Under the pieces are notes generated by a model, which saw only the letters and a program-made list of their open reading frames with translations, had not been told where the DNA came from and did not search any database. A DNA stretch of 63,888 nucleotides, counting the filler, from Octopus bimaculoides (Eukaryota), in assembly GCF_001194135.2 (NCBI RefSeq). It is 7 parts of 7 records of this genome, joined end to end, with 100 filler letters (N's around TTAATTAATTAA, not from the genome) between each part and the next. Parts side by side here need not be neighbours in the genome. Positions count along the whole stretch, not along the records: positions 61,637 to 63,888 come from NC_068987.1; 6 more parts are not named here. One strand, 5' to 3'. Both the position numbers and the translations under genes were made by a program. Positions 63,208 to 63,888 of this stretch are shown one piece after another; within the stretch, counting starts at the first letter, position 1, and every line of letters starts with the position of its first letter.

Positions 63208-63475
63208 CGAAACCTAACCTTAATCCTAAACCTTAACCCTAACCCTAACCCTAACCTTAAGCACAAACCCTAAACACTAACCCTAACCCTACAACCTAAC
63301 TAATCCTAAGCCCTAACCCGAAACATTAAACTTAAGCCTAATCCTAAACGCTAGCATTAAACCTTAACATTAAACACTAACCAGAAACCTTAAACCTCAC
63401 CGGATTCTTAAACCCTGAAACCTAACTCTAACCTTAAATCATAACCCTCAACCCTTAAACCCTAATCCTAACCCA
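63208..63475. repeat. Degenerate interstitial telomere-like (CCCTAA)n tract
   Basis: Several perfect CCCTAA/TAACCC units among CCTTAA, CACTAA and TCCTAA variants. Confidence 0.8.
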
Positions 63476-63576
63476 GATCAGATCATTTCACAGCATAAAC
63501 TACGAATACTCGAAACCTGTCAACTAAGGATATACTTATGAGACAAAAGTTGCATTTCAAAAACTTCCTAGTCTAC

Positions 63577-63888
63577 TAGAGGGTAGCCAAAAGAAACCGG
63601 AATTTTCCAATATATTTTATTCACTTAGTTTTACATGTTTACACTTTTATCACCTTCAAAGTATTCTCTAGACGCGTTTTCCATTATTCGAGGTAGTCCT
63701 GGAACTCTTGCGAAGTAATGTCTTTTAAAGCTTCTGTCGTTTGTTTTTTCCTTCACTTCTTCCACATCTGCAAATTCCGTAGTACCAGCTTTCATCAGCA
63801 GTGATGACTTCCGAAAAAATGTCCGGACCAACTTCCAGCTGTCCTTTCAGTTCACGACATTCATTCAGTCGTGACTGCTTTTGATCTT
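63577..63888 (-). mobile_element. Second copy of the internally deleted mariner at 7244-8140 (runs off the window)
   Basis: TIR GAGGGTAGCCAAAAGAAACCGG, EYFEGDK, same deletion junction GAAAGCTGGT|.CT.CGGAATTTGC. Confidence 0.85.

Overview
Eukaryotic, AT-rich, microsatellite-saturated draft-assembly DNA, most likely from an octopus (inferred from recognisable tRNA-derived SINE families and repeat content). It has many N-gaps, including six 100-bp scaffold joins marked 44N-TTAATTAATTAA-44N. I see no confident host protein-coding gene, rRNA, tRNA or CRISPR array. Almost all listed ORFs are microsatellite or satellite read-throughs. The window holds: at least three SINE families; decayed LINE fragments (R4/Dong-like RLE, CR1-group, RTE, probable Tx1/L1 ends, Penelope-like); Tc1/mariner, hAT and Helentron-like non-autonomous elements; a 6.4-kb CpG-saturated ACGA/ACGT satellite; and a degenerate interstitial (CCCTAA)n tract. 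The main discovery is about 14 type I hammerhead-ribozyme (HHR) motifs or relics. One is fully canonical (2353-2397). Two sit in homologous 351-358-nt units present as one monomer plus a terminal repeat, starting at different points of the same circular sequence, with pair-preserving stem changes. This is the signature expected of a circular-RNA retrozyme family, or of Penelope-like pLTR derivatives.
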